From assembly GCF_964355755.1 (NCBI RefSeq), contig NC_092670.1, positions 37,560,388-37,624,387 on the forward strand: a stretch of DNA of 64,000 nt, in the 5' to 3' direction. The stretch is from Antedon mediterranea. Lineage: Eukaryota > Animalia > Echinodermata. Below are positions 63,580 through 64,000 of this stretch, one piece after another. The stretch's first letter is position 1. Each line of letters begins with the position of its first letter. The notes below the pieces were generated by a model. It saw nothing but the letters and a program-made list of their open reading frames with translations. It searched no databases and was not told the origin of the DNA. Position numbers and translations under genes: made by a program.

Positions 63580-64000
63580 CTCTGATACAATAAAACTTTC
63601 AGTAGTTCCCAAGAATGAGGATATTCTACAAGTTGCTTATCCATCATCTGCCTATACATCAATTCCAGTTAGTACTGAACCCCAGAAAACTACCAATACG
63701 CATGTGTTTAGTAATGATTCCAATGGAGAAAGCGTTGATCGTTTGAACTCTCGTTTGCCACCTTATATTTCTTCTATACAATCTGATACCAAAGGCGGAA
63801 TTATTCAGTTGGAGCGAACACAGATAAAAACTTTTCAAACTTCTACACCTATCTCACGGACAAATGTATACGGTAAAAATTCTAATACTGGTTCGAATAA
63901 TAATAACAGTGAAATGTTGAGGGCGGCTACCGATAGACGGAGCGTCCAATCGACACAATCTTGCGATTCTCAGGCGCAGAGGAATTCGTTGGAGCTTATG
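63580..64000 (+). CDS. ARHGAP21: ARHGAP21/23 exon, runs off the window end
   Basis: ttctag|CTCTGAT; SSDTIKLSVVPKNEDILQVAYP followed by low-complexity S/T/N-rich sequence; phase fits the previous exon. Confidence 0.9.

Overview
AT-rich, intron-rich animal (invertebrate-type) genomic DNA with three genes. (1) The 3' part of a spliced CFAP221/PCDP1 ciliary gene (+, 16 coding exons, 243-12464). (2) An intronless, fungal/Cys1-type PLP cysteine synthase with a mitochondrial-like presequence (-, 13716-14819). (3) The 5' part of an ARHGAP21/23 PDZ-RhoGAP gene (+, coding exons 19699-19728, 50427-50598, 54502-54688 and 63580 to the window end). The introns are full of DNA transposons that can be typed by their termini and target-site duplications (TSDs): PIF/Harbinger MITEs, Sola2, Academ, Kolobok-like, hAT-like with 5- and 6-bp TSDs, Helentron-like and Tc1/mariner-like. 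Several minisatellites are also present. The two most striking observations are a ~160-bp Harbinger-type MITE family with one copy (34000-34473) carrying a captured, intron-containing, in-frame fragment of a DIDO1/PHF3-like PHD-finger gene (Pack-type gene capture), and a three-layer nest (MITE > Sola2 > same MITE family) whose layers peel off exactly by their TSDs to restore an 881-codon Sola2 transposase frame. All family assignments come from motif recognition; no database searches were run.
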